Assembly: GCA_051294375.1 (NCBI GenBank) | Contig: JBJCIZ010000239.1 | Coordinates: forward strand, 4,593,834-4,657,833 | Direction of reading: 5' to 3' | From: Paraspadella gotoi | Taxonomy: Eukaryota > Animalia > Chaetognatha | DNA length: 64,000 bases | Shown here: positions 1 through 13,692 of the stretch, piece after piece | Layout of the letters: every line of letters starts with the position of its first letter | Position numbering within the stretch: position 1 is the first letter of the stretch | Position numbers and translations under genes: made by a program | The notes under the pieces: model-generated | What the model saw: the letters and a program-made list of their open reading frames with translations, nothing else | The model's database searches: none | What the model was told of the DNA's origin: nothing

Positions 1-642
1 GGAAATCTAAAACTAAATAAAAGACGGAATTTTGATGCAGTACATGTCATAAATACACGGGCTAAGAAAGGTATTGTCGTCATGTCATGTCACGTCATGT
101 TATGTCATGTCACGTCACGATAAATAACTGTTTTTGTTTTTCTTTTGTTTTTATCCTTTTCTTTCATTTCTTCTTTTTTTATTCATTTTTAAAAAAAAAA
201 AAACTTTTTCACCGTTTTTTTTCCTTTTAACTTTAAGACATTCAAGTCTAATAAAAAAGAAGGACGCTCAGACAAGCTTGCAAGGGCTCATGGGACTGAA
301 AAAAAATATATATATTATATGAACAAAATTTAAATGGGATGTGTCAAAGGACCCGAAAAAGTATAAAAGTTCATACTCATTTGTTTGTAGTGTCATTGGA
401 ATCACAGGGAGTATATAATTAGTAGTAAATGTAATCTCATTGTCAGGTTTACTGTGAATTGGAAAAAAGATTTTCTTTCCAAATATTTCCTCATGTATTT
501 CACATAGCAACATCTGATGATCTCACATTTATTTTTTCAAATCAACTTTAAGCCAAAAAGTGTGGAATTGGCTGGACAAGCTATTTCTCTCCACGATGTG
601 TTTGACATCGCCTCCAACTTCCCTTTCTTCCCCCTTAACCCT

Positions 643-712
<70 letters not shown>

Positions 713-1430
713 TCCTCGCATTAATTCTTCCCGAAATAAACTTTTATCGATTCTCATTTTCGATTCTGGAAATAAATTTTTTTTTGTTTCGCTCCCAAAA
801 ATCTTCAAAAAATAAAATTTCTTTTCTTATTTTATTTCGCGGTTTAAACTAATTTTGCTATTGGATTAAAGTTTTCTGTTATGATTGGTTTTATGTATGC
901 AATAATTGGTAATGTCAATCATGAGAAAATACTTTTTTCAATTTAAATTTTCAATTTTTTTATATCGCATTTTTGTCGTGCGTTTTGTTTCAGGTCTTTA
1001 TCTCAACATAGAATCAGTTATATTTTAATCAAAAACGATCTAGGAAAATAATAAAATACTATAATTCAAATCAGGATTTTGAATAAAATATTGTGTTCCA
1101 AATGAAATTAATAGCATCAACAGATTTATTTCTTTTTCATAAAAACAATGAAAGTGAAAAAAAAGATAAAGTGATCATAAATATTGAATTTGAAACCTAA
1201 ATTTGTCTAAATTGTCTTAAATTCAGTATTACATAATTTTTATATTGGTTGTACCAATTTCATAATATTTTATGTTTAAAGATTAGGTTAGTGGTTAGGA
1301 TTAAGGATTAGGGTTTAGCATTAGAGAGGTTAGGATTTAGGATTAGGTTAGGTTTAGTCTTTAGGGTAAGGAAATAAAGTTTGGGATTATTTTTACTGGT
1401 TTGGTAAGAGGTTTGGATTAAACAACAAAA

Positions 1431-1753
1431 TTTATATTTTCTAAAAGCCTCTCATTTCTATTCATTAATCCCTTCCCTTAATTTTAATCTTAATAATCAA
1501 CCCTAATCTGTTACCAAAACCAATAACCAAATCCCTAACCCTAATCCCTAACAAAATCCTTTACCCTAATTTTAATTTCATAATCTATAACCGTAACCCT
1601 AACCCCTAAACCTTAGTCCTGAACCCTGAACTCAAATCACTAATCTAATCCCTTACGCTAATTCTTAACCTAATCCCTAACCCTGACCTTTAACCTAAAA
1701 TAACATAATTTTCTAATTTAAGATGAAACGGGGCGTTTAGTGAAAATAAGGCC
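1431..1753. mobile_element. MITE with GG..CC termini and degenerate TTAGGG-like interior, just 3' of the CHST15 stop
   Basis: Right end GAAACGGGGCGTTTAGTGAAAATAAGGCC matches the TIR family at 9825 and 26064; interior is degenerate CCCTAA; left end only approximate. Confidence 0.5.
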
Positions 1754-1759
1754 GACTCT

Positions 1760-2242
1760 TCACGCATATTCCCGCCACAAGAACCGATCGTCTCCCAACA
1801 TTTTCGCCAATTTTCGATTGTAAGGTTCGTAGAATTTTTTGAGCAACGCTCGAGTGTCGTTTCGCATGTGGCCGATCTTCCTGTAATTGGGAGGCGATGT
1901 ATGAGTTAACTGTGTCAGAAACTGTATTGAGTGTTGTATTGAGTCTTGTTTAGGTTGTTGAAAAAAATGTCAAAAAGGAAACTTTAAGAATCAGAAAAAC
2001 AATAATCATAATACAATTTTCTTAATTTATAAATAAAATGAGCATGAATTGTTTGTTTTATAAATATATGTATCTCGTTCCATAAAGGATTTGTTAAATA
2101 AATATTAGTCATGGGTAATTAAATAAATAGACTAAATAAATAGGACCACTGAGGAGGGATTTGTTAAATGAATAATTGTCATCATTTATTCAATGTATAA
2201 AATAACTATTTTACCCAAGATTTGCTTGGGGTGAAAAAACTA

Positions 2243-2334
<92 letters not shown>

Positions 2335-3204
2335 CGGAAAAGTCAAGATCGCCAAACCATTTGTCTTTGTACGAGTTGTCATTTATTATTTCCCAAGCCC
2401 ACCCGTGCTCGACCTGTAGCCCTCGTTGTTTTTCTTCCCCATGACTTTGTTCGCGCCGTTGAAGGGGATTTGGAGACCGAGGAACCGACGCACCTTGTTA
2501 AAATATTTTTTAAAATATATTTAAATATTTATTATGTTAATTGGTTTTAAAAGCTTTCAAATAGTTAGTTTTTAGGTAGTTAGTTTAACAGTTACTCAAT
2601 TCACGTCTCTTAATGTAATCGACGCTTCTAATTGGTTTAATTTTACTCATTGAATTTCCTTATATTTGGTCTCTCAATGGTTAAAGATGAAGTCATGATT
2701 TGAATTCTCAAAACAGAGAACTCTCCTCTCATTGGATTATAAAAAAAGTTTTCCTTTTTATACGTGAAATTAAAACAATTTTGAATTCTTTGGAGATTCC
2801 TCTGCGAGCATTAAATGATAATTAGGAATATTATTTATAACATTACTTAATTTTAACATTAATTTCTTTGCAGGTTCGGTCTGTCTCTTTTCTCTTCCGC
2901 TCTGGTCTATCTTTACCAAATATGCGGCATTTTTGCTTCGTGATTTAAATTTAATACAATAACTATGGATTAAGGATTGAGTTAACATTTGATCGAGATT
3001 AATTAAATAACTAAATAACATTCATAGCTCAAATAGTATTTTCATCCAGATATCTCCCCACCCCCGACGAACCTCTTCGAGATATTTAGGGACTTGAAGT
3101 GAATAGTCTTCAGTGCGCATGATGAGGAACTGGTCGCGGGGAAAAAGCTTGAACCACTCAAACAAGAACACCTGGTAGAGGAAGGTTTCTTTTATCAGTA
3201 AAAG

Positions 3205-3236
<32 letters not shown>

Positions 3237-3442
3237 AAGAACACTTGCAACTCTTTGTATTTAGTGGTGACATTTTTTTTAAAGACCTGCGTACTAAACT
3301 TAAAAAAATACATTGATAACAAAAACTTTAATAAAAATTAAAAAAATTATGCTATGTTTATTATGTACTATCTATCATCATCTATCTATCTTATCTATCT
3401 ATCTATCTATCATATCTATCTATCTATCTATCTATTTATCTA

Positions 3443-3475
<33 letters not shown>

Positions 3476-6400
3476 ACCAAGATCCCCCCCTAACCTACAT
3501 GATATATTCCAACGCGAAGACGAATTTGCATCGGGTAGCAAAGCTTGTCGGCGTCGTTCCCCTCGTGGACGAAACTGCNNNNNNNNNNNNNNNNNNNNNN
3601 NNNNNNNNNNNNNNNNNNNNNNNNNNNNNNNNNNNNNNNNNNNNNNNNNNNNNNNNNNNNNNNNNNNNNNNNNNNNNNNNNNNNNNNNNNNNNNNNNNNN
3701 NNNNNNNNNNNNNNNNNNNNNNNNNNNNNNNNNNNNNNNNNNNAGAGAGAGAGAGAGAGAGAGAGAGACATCATTATCCCCCCCAAAATACCTTCTCGCA
3801 TCCACTTCTAAAACGAAATTCCGAGAAAAGCCTATCCACGGGATTTCTCAATATGACGACTAATTTAGCCTTTGGGTTCAACTCGGCCAAATGGGAGGCG
3901 ATGATCGGCGGCATGGAAGTTTCGCCGTCAGAGCGGCGCCACTGTCGATACTCGAGCCAACCGTCATTGTCGAAAGCGAATGAGACGGAGGCGTCGCCTA
4001 CGATCTTGTCCGGGTGGTTGGGGCTGGAGAAAGATTGAATATATACAGGGTGGTTGATGTGGAGTGAGACCGGAAGGAATTTTTTTATATTCTGTTTTTT
4101 GTATTAATAACAAAAATAATATTAGTATAATTTAATATAAAAATAGTAACGGTATCAATAACAGCGTAAAAAGACTATCTTTTCATTAATGTCAATAACA
4201 TAAAATATATGCTAAAATATTTTGCAAAACTGTTTTTGCTTAAAGTATTGATTTTTTGTAATAAAATATTTTTTAATATTATAATTTATATTTTTTGTAC
4301 TTGTAATAACATTTAAAAATGTTATTAATATTTTTATTAGCGGATTTGAAAATGACAGTTTTTATTTGTTTTAATAATGATTTATTAACAGACTATATTG
4401 GACATATTTTAACTCTTGCTTTGCGAGTCTTTATTAGCGTTACATTACAATACATTATACAACAAATCTTTTTATAAATTAAATATTTCTTGGAACCAAT
4501 TTGAAAAAAAAATATTTTAAAATTTAAACAAAATAATTTAATAAAATAAAATAAAATAATTTCAAAATACATTCTACTATATCTCCGTCATAATATACGT
4601 TTTGTTAATTCCGTGGTATCACCCTGTAATCCTACTCTCGTTCCTCGACGCCCGCAAAATCTTTTCCGCCGCCGAATCGAAAAGATCCAAATAATCGCTA
4701 AACGTCGCTGGAGAAAGTGATGTAGAGAAGCGATGCTGTTGAAAGGCTATCTCGTGATGTAGAAGGCCGAACCGCATCCTCGTCCACCAATCGGGTTCCT
4801 TCAAGAGTCCCGTCTCCACCTGCGGGAAATCTTTATTATTTTCGTTTTGCACACCCAGTCGCGCCATGTCGGTCAGTCGGAATGTTTCGTCCGCTTGGTC
4901 TGTTCCCACTTGTGTCAATGCTTACATTGGAGGTTTAGGATTAAAGGTTAGGGATCTAGCGGATGATTAACGTTTGGTATTAGCCGTTGGGTATCAAGTA
5001 CTAGGTTAATAACGTATCAAATTAGGTTAGGTAAATGATAGCTTTTGAGTTAAGGTATAAGATTAGGCAAGGGTCTGTATTTGAGAATTTGGTCATCTAG
5101 TTTTTAACTTTTGAAAGAACTTTATTTGGGTTAAACTATTCAAGTAAGATATTAAAAGAAATGAAATCGCTTTTAGAAAAGAGAGAGCTGACCTCGGATT
5201 CTTTGCGTTGCATGGAGCCGGGGAAAAGCGAGGGCAAAACTGCCAAGTAACATCATGCTAAATAAAACGTATTTTAAAAACTTAAATACATATTTACTGA
5301 AAAAACGATTTAGTGGTCTGAATCTATAATAAAAAGGGTCATATCGCCCGGATTCGATCCGGGCCAAACATTATTCTATGAATGGCGACTTAGTTAGTTT
5401 TCACCACTACATCTAAAAAACATGACATCATGTAGCGTTCCGTTTACCTGTGGGTGATGAGAGGAGATTGAATGAGAGAGTTCGTGGTGCCGCTCTTCGG
5501 GAGATTCCGTATTACTGGGTAGAAGAGAAGGGCATGCAGCGGAGAATCTGGGCAGAGGACCTGGAGCTTTCAGTTTAGCGATGGTTATGAAGATTATAGT
5601 TTAAAATCGTCAGACTTTTATCAAAAGATGTTTTACAAAAAAAAGAAAATTATTATTTTGAAAAAAGTCAAGATTAAAAATTCAGCGGTTTGAATATTTA
5701 GTACTGAGGTATATTGAATAGTCAAAAGCTAAAAAATTAATGAATTTAATTTAATAATTAAAATAATAATTTCCCCCAAAAAAATATTGACAGATTTTTG
5801 TTGTGAAAGGTATAATCATTTAAAAAAAATACATTTAAGTGTGTTAAAAATGAAAAAAAATTAAAATAAACATTTTTTTAATCATTAACATCATTTTTTC
5901 AAATTTTTACTTTCATTATTAATACTTTTTATTATTACTATTATCGTGATTTATCATTAGTTTTTTACGATGTTTAATTTCCAACCAATGCTTAACATTT
6001 ATTTTTTTTCATGAAAACCTTTTAATTAATCCACAAGTTTTCGTGATTTACTTTTCAGAAACGGAAAAAAAAGTGGCTTTGCTTCAACCTGACGCCTCCA
6101 ACGGTTCGTCCGCTCCGCTTCATGCGTTCGATCCAATTCTGTTTAAGTTCGTCGATCGATTTCGTCAGAGATTTCGCGTAGACGCTGTAGTTGACTGAAA
6201 GAGGGAAAGGGAAAAAAAGGTTTTTAAAATTTAGATTTTAACTTTTGAATGAGCGAATCAATAAGATCATGTGATCATGTGATCACATCAAATCAAATTA
6301 AGTTTTACAAAAATAAATCTATTCGGAGATGAATTAATGAGTCAATGAAATCAAATTAAAACGATTCGATTCGATTCGATTTGATACGATTTGTTTTGAT

Positions 6401-7187
6401 TTGATTTCATTGACTCAAATCAAATCAAATCAAATCAAATCAAATCAAATCAAATCAAATCAAATCAAATCAAATGAATTCAGTTCAATTCATTTCAATT
6501 CAAAATTCAAATAAAATCAAAATTAAAATCAAAATCAAAATTCAAATCAAAATTTAAATCAAATTCAAATCAAAAATGAAATCAAAATTAAAATAAAAAA
6601 TCAAATCAAAATTAATATCAAATCCAATTCCAAATCTAATCAATCAAATCCAATCAAATCCAATCAATTCAATCAATCAATCAAATCAATCAAATCAATC
6701 AAATCAATCAAATCAATCAAATCAATCAAATCAATCAATCAAATCAATCAAATCAATCAATCAAATCAATCAATCAAATCAATCAATCAAATCAAATCAC
6801 CGTATGGATTCCCCTCGTAAGGATTCCATCTCCTTTCCTCTTCGAACCAACACGGATTCTTCATCTTCGCCTCCAACGAATTCTGCGCCACGAAAGGATG
6901 AAGATTTTCCGTTTCGATCTTGAGTCGTTCGAGTCTCAACGTCTCCGTCCAAGTTGTCGGTGAAGGCGAGGTTGTTGTCGTTGTGGTCGTCGTCGTTGTT
7001 GTTGTTGTTGTTGTGGACGGCGTTTTTGTTGTGGTTGTCGTAAGAGTTGCGGCTTTCAACGTTTTAGTTGTGGATAGCGTTGTTGTGGATGGCGATTTCG
7101 TCGTTGTGGTGGTTGGCGCCGTTGTCGTCGTTGTTGTTGTTGGCGTTTTCCTTGTAGTCGTCGTTGTTGTTGACGAACTTGTCGTTC

Positions 7188-7230
<43 letters not shown>

Positions 7231-8117
7231 TGGTCTTGTCGTTTTTGCCTTCTTTTCAAGATTCGTCTTCATTAGCGACCAAAAGGATGACCCGAGAGAA
7301 GGCACGTCCCCTCGCGGGACAGCTAGCCACTCGGCCGCCCCAAACGGCCGCTCCTCAGCCCTAATCTGCCCCGCCTCCTCCACCAACGGCTCCGGGGTCG
7401 CAGCCCTGAACGGTCCCTCCTTCCTTCCTTTCCCTCTCGATCGCTCGATAATCTGGAAAAGGTACTATTTTCCGAAAGCGCCCTATTTCTGTTTCTTAAT
7501 TCTTAAATTTTTTTAAACTCAAATATAATTTACCTTTATCTTTTAATAAATATTTAACTTTTAAAATAAATCTTAAACTAATTTTTATCTTTAATCATTA
7601 ACCTTATACTGTAACCCTTATATTTAATCCTAATCCTAATCCTTATACTTAATCCTAATCCTAATCCTAATCTTTAGCCCTAAAAACTGTCAGAATTATG
7701 AATTATAATTAAGCAACTCGAAATAATATTTTTACGTATATTCTTTTATTTATTTTGTTAAAATTTTTATTTAAATAAATAATTTATTTATTAAGGTAGT
7801 CCAGAGTATATCGAAATAATGGCCCCTAAAAAATTAATAATAATAATACCTTTATAAATTATACTAATTCCTTAATACTAATTTATAAATTTTAAAACAT
7901 ATTTTTGAAACAAATGATTCAATCGTATTCATTTTAAACTGAAAAGGGGCGTTTTTGGAAAATACGACACCTTAAAAATCGAGGCGGAAATCCATTGGAA
8001 GACGAGGAGGAAGAGGAAGAAGAAAAGGAGGAGGATCAACCAACGGAATCTTCCTCTGTCCAATCGATGGAGAGGGAGAGAGTCAAAGAATCGAGAGAGG
8101 GAGACACAGGGCTTCAT
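1760..8117 (-). CDS. CHST15: Carbohydrate sulfotransferase 15-like (GalNAc4S-6-O-sulfotransferase), spliced type II Golgi membrane protein
   Basis: Exons with GT-AG borders: 7971-8117 (Met + TM WLILLLFFFLFLLVFQW), 6801-7452 (Thr-rich stalk, KNPCW), 6089-6194, ~5448-5560 (LRCMP..PKSGTT 5'-PAPS loop, with indels), 4623-4819 (KEPDWW..FSDYLDLFDSAA), 3792-4023 (GDAS; LRNPVDRLFS 3'-PB motif), 3499-3578 (runs into a gap; RLRVGIYH), 3073-3171 (VFLFEWFKLFPRDQFLIMRTEDY), 2414-2493, 1760-1880 (TRALLKKFYEPYNRKLAKMLGDDRFLW..stop). Motif order matches the CHST15 family. Confidence 0.9.
2243..2335. repeat. (AAT)n microsatellite
   Basis: Perfect AAT run; source of the poly-Ile pseudo-ORF. Confidence 0.95.
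4046..4626. mobile_element. Tc1/mariner-type foldback MITE (TA-CAGGGTG...CACCCTG-TA)
   Basis: TA|CAGGGTG at 4044-4052 and CACCCTG|TA at 4620-4628, plus internal inverted segments (aaaagact/agtcttt, aaaactgt/acagtttt). Confidence 0.55.
6415..6798. repeat. (CAAAT)n/(AATC)n simple repeat in a CHST15 intron
   Basis: Direct inspection; similar tracts at 30590-30960 and 52590-52680. Confidence 0.9.
7461..7971. mobile_element. MITE (GG..CC TIR family) making up nearly all of CHST15 coding intron 1
   Basis: Left TIR GGTACTATTTTCCGAAAGCGCCCTATTTC; right end (rc) GGTGTCGTATTTTCCAAAAACGCCCCTTTTC; interior (CCTAAT)n. The intron is 7453-7970. Confidence 0.7.
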
Positions 8118-8870
8118 TCTTTTTCTCAGCCTTTTGTTTTTGTTTTTTGTTGTTTTTTTTCGTTAAGATATGATTTCTTTCTAATTAAAATTTTTTTTTT
8201 ATTAGTTGTTTTTTTCATTAATTATTTGTTTTGTTTATTTTTTTTTAGTATTTTTTGCATCTTGTTCTTTTTTATATTTTTTAACGTTTTTTTATTTTGT
8301 TTTGTATTTTGTTTGAGTTTATGTTTGTTTTAAAAAAATTTCAGCATTTTATGTATTTGGCTCTTTGTTTGTGTCTAGAGTTTGCATTAATTTTGCACTT
8401 TTTTATGGTTTTGTAAAAGTTATTTTATATGCGAAGTTTTTTTTTATTGTTTAAAAAAAAACAGTAAAAGTAAAAAAAAATACGGACACGTTTCGGCTCT
8501 GAAAGAAATTGCACTATGTAAAAGTTATTTAAAACTTAGTTTACAAAAGTATTGTGCTCCGGTTTATTCTAACTTTCTAAGGTTGTGCGATATTACTTCA
8601 GTGTAGAGTTAAATCAACGAGAATATATATACATATATATTTATTATTTAATGACCAAAATGACCACTGTTCTTAAAAAATATTCTCTTAAAACATATAT
8701 AGCATTTAATTCGATTTCCTTATGTTTTTTTTTTTTTTAATTTTTGTCGAATTTGGTTTTTTCAGTTAAATTTCTTTCCCACAGACATTTTTTTGTATCT
8801 TGGTACTGACATCAACCGACGGATTTGAACTTTTGAGTTAGCGAAAGATAGATTGTATTTCACACTGATC

Positions 8871-8938
<68 letters not shown>

Positions 8939-9824
8939 ATATTATCGGTTTTCTTATTGTCTACTTAACCCCGAATTCAGCTGAGTTCAGATCAGTTTTA
9001 ATGCTGAAAAAAATAAATAAAGAAAGAAATAAATAAAGAAAAGAAAGAAAGAAAGAAAATAAATAAGAAAGAAGAACGAAATAAACACAAATTTAAAGAA
9101 ATTAATTATTTTTTCTCCAATTCAACACAGACGAAACCAGTTTTCAAGGTTATTGAAAGTATAATGTATTGTTTAATGTATAATTAATGTATTGTTTATC
9201 GTGTTTTAAGTTTTCTGTTTCAACAACGTCCATGATTATAAACATAAACATACTTTTGTAGTCTACAATGTTAGCCTTCCCCAGCCCAGTTTATATTGAT
9301 AAACATTTTTTTTAAATTATACGATGAGTAAAATGCATCAACTTAATAATCTAACTTTTATTAGCAAATTTAGTACATTGCCTCTCTGGCTAATCGTTCA
9401 TAGCGGTTTATGAATATTCCAACGCTTATCGGAAATTGCATGACATGTACCGTGGTTGCCTTGATCCTATGTCTTTGTGGAAATGAGCCATTAGCTTTAA
9501 TTAAAGACTCACCTGATCTCAACCTATACTTAATTTCTTTCCCTGTCTTATTTAAAAAATAATTATAACAACGTTGACATCTACTAACTACTGTCACTAA
9601 CTCCTTTCTAAATTCGATAACGAAAGAAAAACGAATCCAAAATTCATAAATGTATCTTGTTTGTATTTTTTTTTTTAAATTCGAGTTTTAATATCATTTC
9701 GAAGCGACAAAGAATGTATTTCTTTGGAAAAAATAAAGTCAAGAAAGAAAAGAACATTAAAAAAATTATAACGCGCAAAGTAAATTTGAGTAACGAAATG
9801 TTTGTTTTTTTAAATCGACAAAGA

Positions 9825-10027
9825 GGCCCTATTTTCCCAGAATGCCCCATTTCATCTAAAATTCGGAATTAAACTTAATTTTTTTTTACTTAAAGATTAG
9901 GTGATAAGCTAGGCTTCAGGATTAGATTAGGGTTAGGGTTAAGGATTGGTTTATAAGTTTAAAACGTATTTAGGTTAAATATTAAAATTAAATTAGCAGA
10001 AATGGGACGCTCTGGGAAAAGAGCGCC
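9825..10027. mobile_element. MITE with ~29-bp TIRs and degenerate TTAGGG interior
   Basis: GGCCCTATTTTCCCAGAATGCCCCATTTC versus right end (rc) GGCGCTCTTTTCCCAGAGCGTCCCATTTC. Confidence 0.75.
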
Positions 10028-10289
10028 GGTGAAAGGGCGCGATGCGCGGGCGATAAGAGGTGGGGAGACAGGGATGGGGGTAGCAGCAGGTTGAAGGGAA
10101 GGGATTGGATGTTGAGGAACAGGCCAAGAAGGGGGATTACAAGGGAACAATAACAATAACAATAACGAATGTCTCATAAATTGTAAAAAAAAAAAAATAA
10201 GTTGAAATAAATTTCTTGTTACTAAGAGCCCGTTGGAATTTTTATCATTTTATTATTTGTTGTTAAGATAGTGAAAGTTTTATCATAAG

Positions 10290-10326
<37 letters not shown>

Positions 10327-10715
10327 AAGAGAGAGAGAGAGGAGAGAGAGAGGAGAGAGAGAGGAGAGAGATAATCTCTCCGCCATCTGAAAGAAGAAAC
10401 CTTTCCAAAGAAAGAATCTGCATAAGGGAGACGTCCCTTCCAATGTACATCAGATCCTAAATAATAAATCTCTAAAACCAATCGCGAAAGATTTTTTGCA
10501 TCTCTCATCTCGCGCTCTCGTCTGTCGATCTCAAAATATCAATCAAAATCCTTCGACTTCTACACGCCGCCTCCACTCACTCCTCGTCTCTCGCGCTTCT
10601 GAACTCATCATTACCGTCGTCCTCTCCTCTGCTCTCCTCCTCCTAGTCCTCTCCTCTCTCTCGAGCTTTCTCGCTGGCGCATCTGACTTGGCAGATGCGT
10701 AACGGAAGAATGCGG

Positions 10716-10751
<36 letters not shown>

Positions 10752-10765
10752 AGGACGAGAGAGAG

Positions 10766-10808
<43 letters not shown>

Positions 10809-11779
10809 GATATAAAAAGAACAGTGACGAAAAAGTATCGAAGTGTAAAAAAAAGCTTAAAATATTTTTGAATTCATTTAATATAAATTAATAATAATCC
10901 TAATGTTAAAAAAAATTAAATTAAATTAAATTAAATTGATCGTTAAAAATTGATAAATATTGATATTAAATTAGGTAATTATTGGAGTTTACCACATTAG
11001 GATTACGTATGTCATGTTAAATATAAAAAAGGACGAAAAAAAAAGAAAATATTATATTGAAAGAGAAAAAAATTAACAAAGAGAGAAAACAAAGAAACAA
11101 AATAGAGACGAAAGAAAAAAATACAAAAAGACAAAAGAACAAAAAGAAAGAAAATATGAAAGAGAGAAAGAGAGAGAAACAAAGTGAATTAAAAGAGACC
11201 AAAGTAAAGAGAATAAGTGAGACAGGGATGTAAATGGGGGAGAAAGAGAGATGGAGTCATGAAACAGAGAAAGAGTTAGGAGGGTATGTGAAANNNNNNN
11301 NNNNNNNNNNNNNNNNNNNNNNNNNNNNNNNNNNNNNNNNNNNNNNNNNNNNNNNNNNNNNNNNNNNNNNNNNNNNNNNNNNNNNNNNNNNNNNNNNNNN
11401 NNNNNNNNNNNNNNNNNNNNNNNNNNNNNNNNNNNNNNNNNNNNNNNNNNNNNNNNNNNNNNNNNNNNNNNNNNNNNNNNNNNNNNNNNNNNNNNNNNNN
11501 NNNNNNNNNNNNNNNNNNNNNNNNNNNNNNNNNNNNNNNNNNNNNNNNNNNNNNNNNNNNNNNNNNNNNNNNNNNNNNNNNNNNNNNNNNNNNNNNNNNN
11601 NNNNNNNNNNNNNNNNNNNNNNNNNNNNNNNNNNNNNNNNNNNNNNNNNNNNNNNNNNNNNNNNNNNNNNNNNNNNNNNNNNNNNNNNNNNNNNNNNNNN
11701 NNNNNNNNNNNNNNNNNNNNNNNNNNNNNNNNNNNNNNNNNNNNNNNNNNNNNNNNNNNNNNNNNNNNNNNNNNNNNNN

Positions 11780-11811
<32 letters not shown>

Positions 11812-12251
11812 CTCTCGTTTTCCTCCTCATAAAGAGACCTAAAATAGACGTCTCCTTCATTTCATTTGCATATAGAAGCGCAATAAAAAACACAATAATT
11901 TCTGTGAAAACTAATAAACGTCCGTGAAAAAAAATAGTCTTACAAACTTTATTTTCTTTATATGCAAAAATATGACATTTAAAACTTAACTTAATCAGTC
12001 TTTTTCATTTTTCCCTATGAATGTAAAGCTAATGAATGAAATGAAATTAATTAAAGAGTTATTATTATGTCTAGTTTCTGTTCCACGGACGTCATTATCG
12101 TTTCTTATTAAACCAAAAAAATATATATATATTAACTAAGTTTTTTAACATAATTTTTTCCCCTCTTGTCATATTGCCGATGAAATTTATTATCCTATTC
12201 ATGTAGATTCTATACAAAATTTATATTCATTCAACCCACTTCGACTTTTGA

Positions 12252-12323
<72 letters not shown>

Positions 12324-13660
12324 TTCCTTTTTTTTCTCTCTCTCCTTTCCTTCCTCCATGCCAAAGTTCACGTTGGGTCAAGCGGGAGGGTCGGTGAGAA
12401 GAAGACCCAAAAATGGAGAAATTGGGAGCAGAAATCGAAATGGAAGAAAGAAAAGTAAAGAAGGAAAAAATGGAGGGGAAAAAAAGGAAAGAAGGAAAAA
12501 AGAAATAAGGATAAAACAGAAAATGGAGAAAAGAAAGAAAATGCAGAAAATGGTGGAAACAAGGAAATAAGGAAAAGACAGAAAATGGGGGAAGGAAAAG
12601 GAAAGAAGAAAGAGACAGAAAATGGATGAAAGAAGGAAAGAAGGACAAGACAGAAAATGAGGGAAAGAAAGGAAAGAAGAAAAATACAGAAAATGGAAAA
12701 AGGAAAGAAGTAAAAGACAGAAAATTGAAGATAGAAAAATAAAATTCGAGTAAGAAGAAAAAAAAAAAGAAAGAAAGAAAGAAAAGAGATAAAGGAAGGA
12801 AAGAAAACTGCCTAAAATAGTGATGATAAAAGGAGGGCGGCCAAGGAAAGGAGCAGGGCATGGTTGGCTGGTGAGCAGGGCATGGTGGGGAAGAAATTGG
12901 GGAAGAAACTGTTTCGGGCCTTAATGAAGGAAATGGGCGAAAGGTGTTGTCGAAAGAAGAAAGAGGGGAGAGGAGAATGACGAGGAAGGAAAGGAAGAAG
13001 GTGAAGGGAAAAGAGAGAGAATGAGAAGGAAGAAAAAAGGAAAAACAAGGAGAGAGAATGAGAAGGAAGAAGGAAGAGAAAGAGAAGAAGGAAAAAAAGA
13101 GAAAAAAATAAGAAGGAGAAAGGAGGAAAATAGAAAGAAGAAGGAGAGAGAATGAGAAGGAAGAAGGAAGAGAAAGAGAACGTATTCATCTTAAATTATA
13201 AAAAAATGGTGACGGGAGAAACAAAAAAAAGAACAATTATTATACTAAATTCTATTGATAAGGAGAATCAAAAATTAACAGAAGGAAATTGTAAAAAACC
13301 AAGAAACAACTTAAATTAGATAGACCGATTAAAGAAAATATCAAATAGATACAAAAGAAATGCAAGACACAAGAATATATGAAAGAGAGAAAAAGAGAGA
13401 AACAAGTAGTAAATTTAAATAGACAAACGACATTGATAAAAGCAAAGATGGTTAGTGTGAATACAAGATTTTGCGGGAGGATGATAAAACGAGAAAGCTG
13501 TGGTGTGTGAGTATGAGTTAGATTTGTGAGTTCATGAATAAAATACAAAGGGCATTAAGATTTGAGAGATGGGGTCTGCTCAGTTGCAGGAGGGGGAGAG
13601 AGAGGAAGAAGAGGTACAGAAGGGGAGATCCAAAAGGAGAAAGAGGAAGAGAGAGAGAGA

Positions 13661-13692
<32 letters not shown>

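Noticed and set aside
1500-1700. True telomere or interstitial telomere
   Set aside because: The repeats are highly degenerate and enclosed by MITE TIRs.
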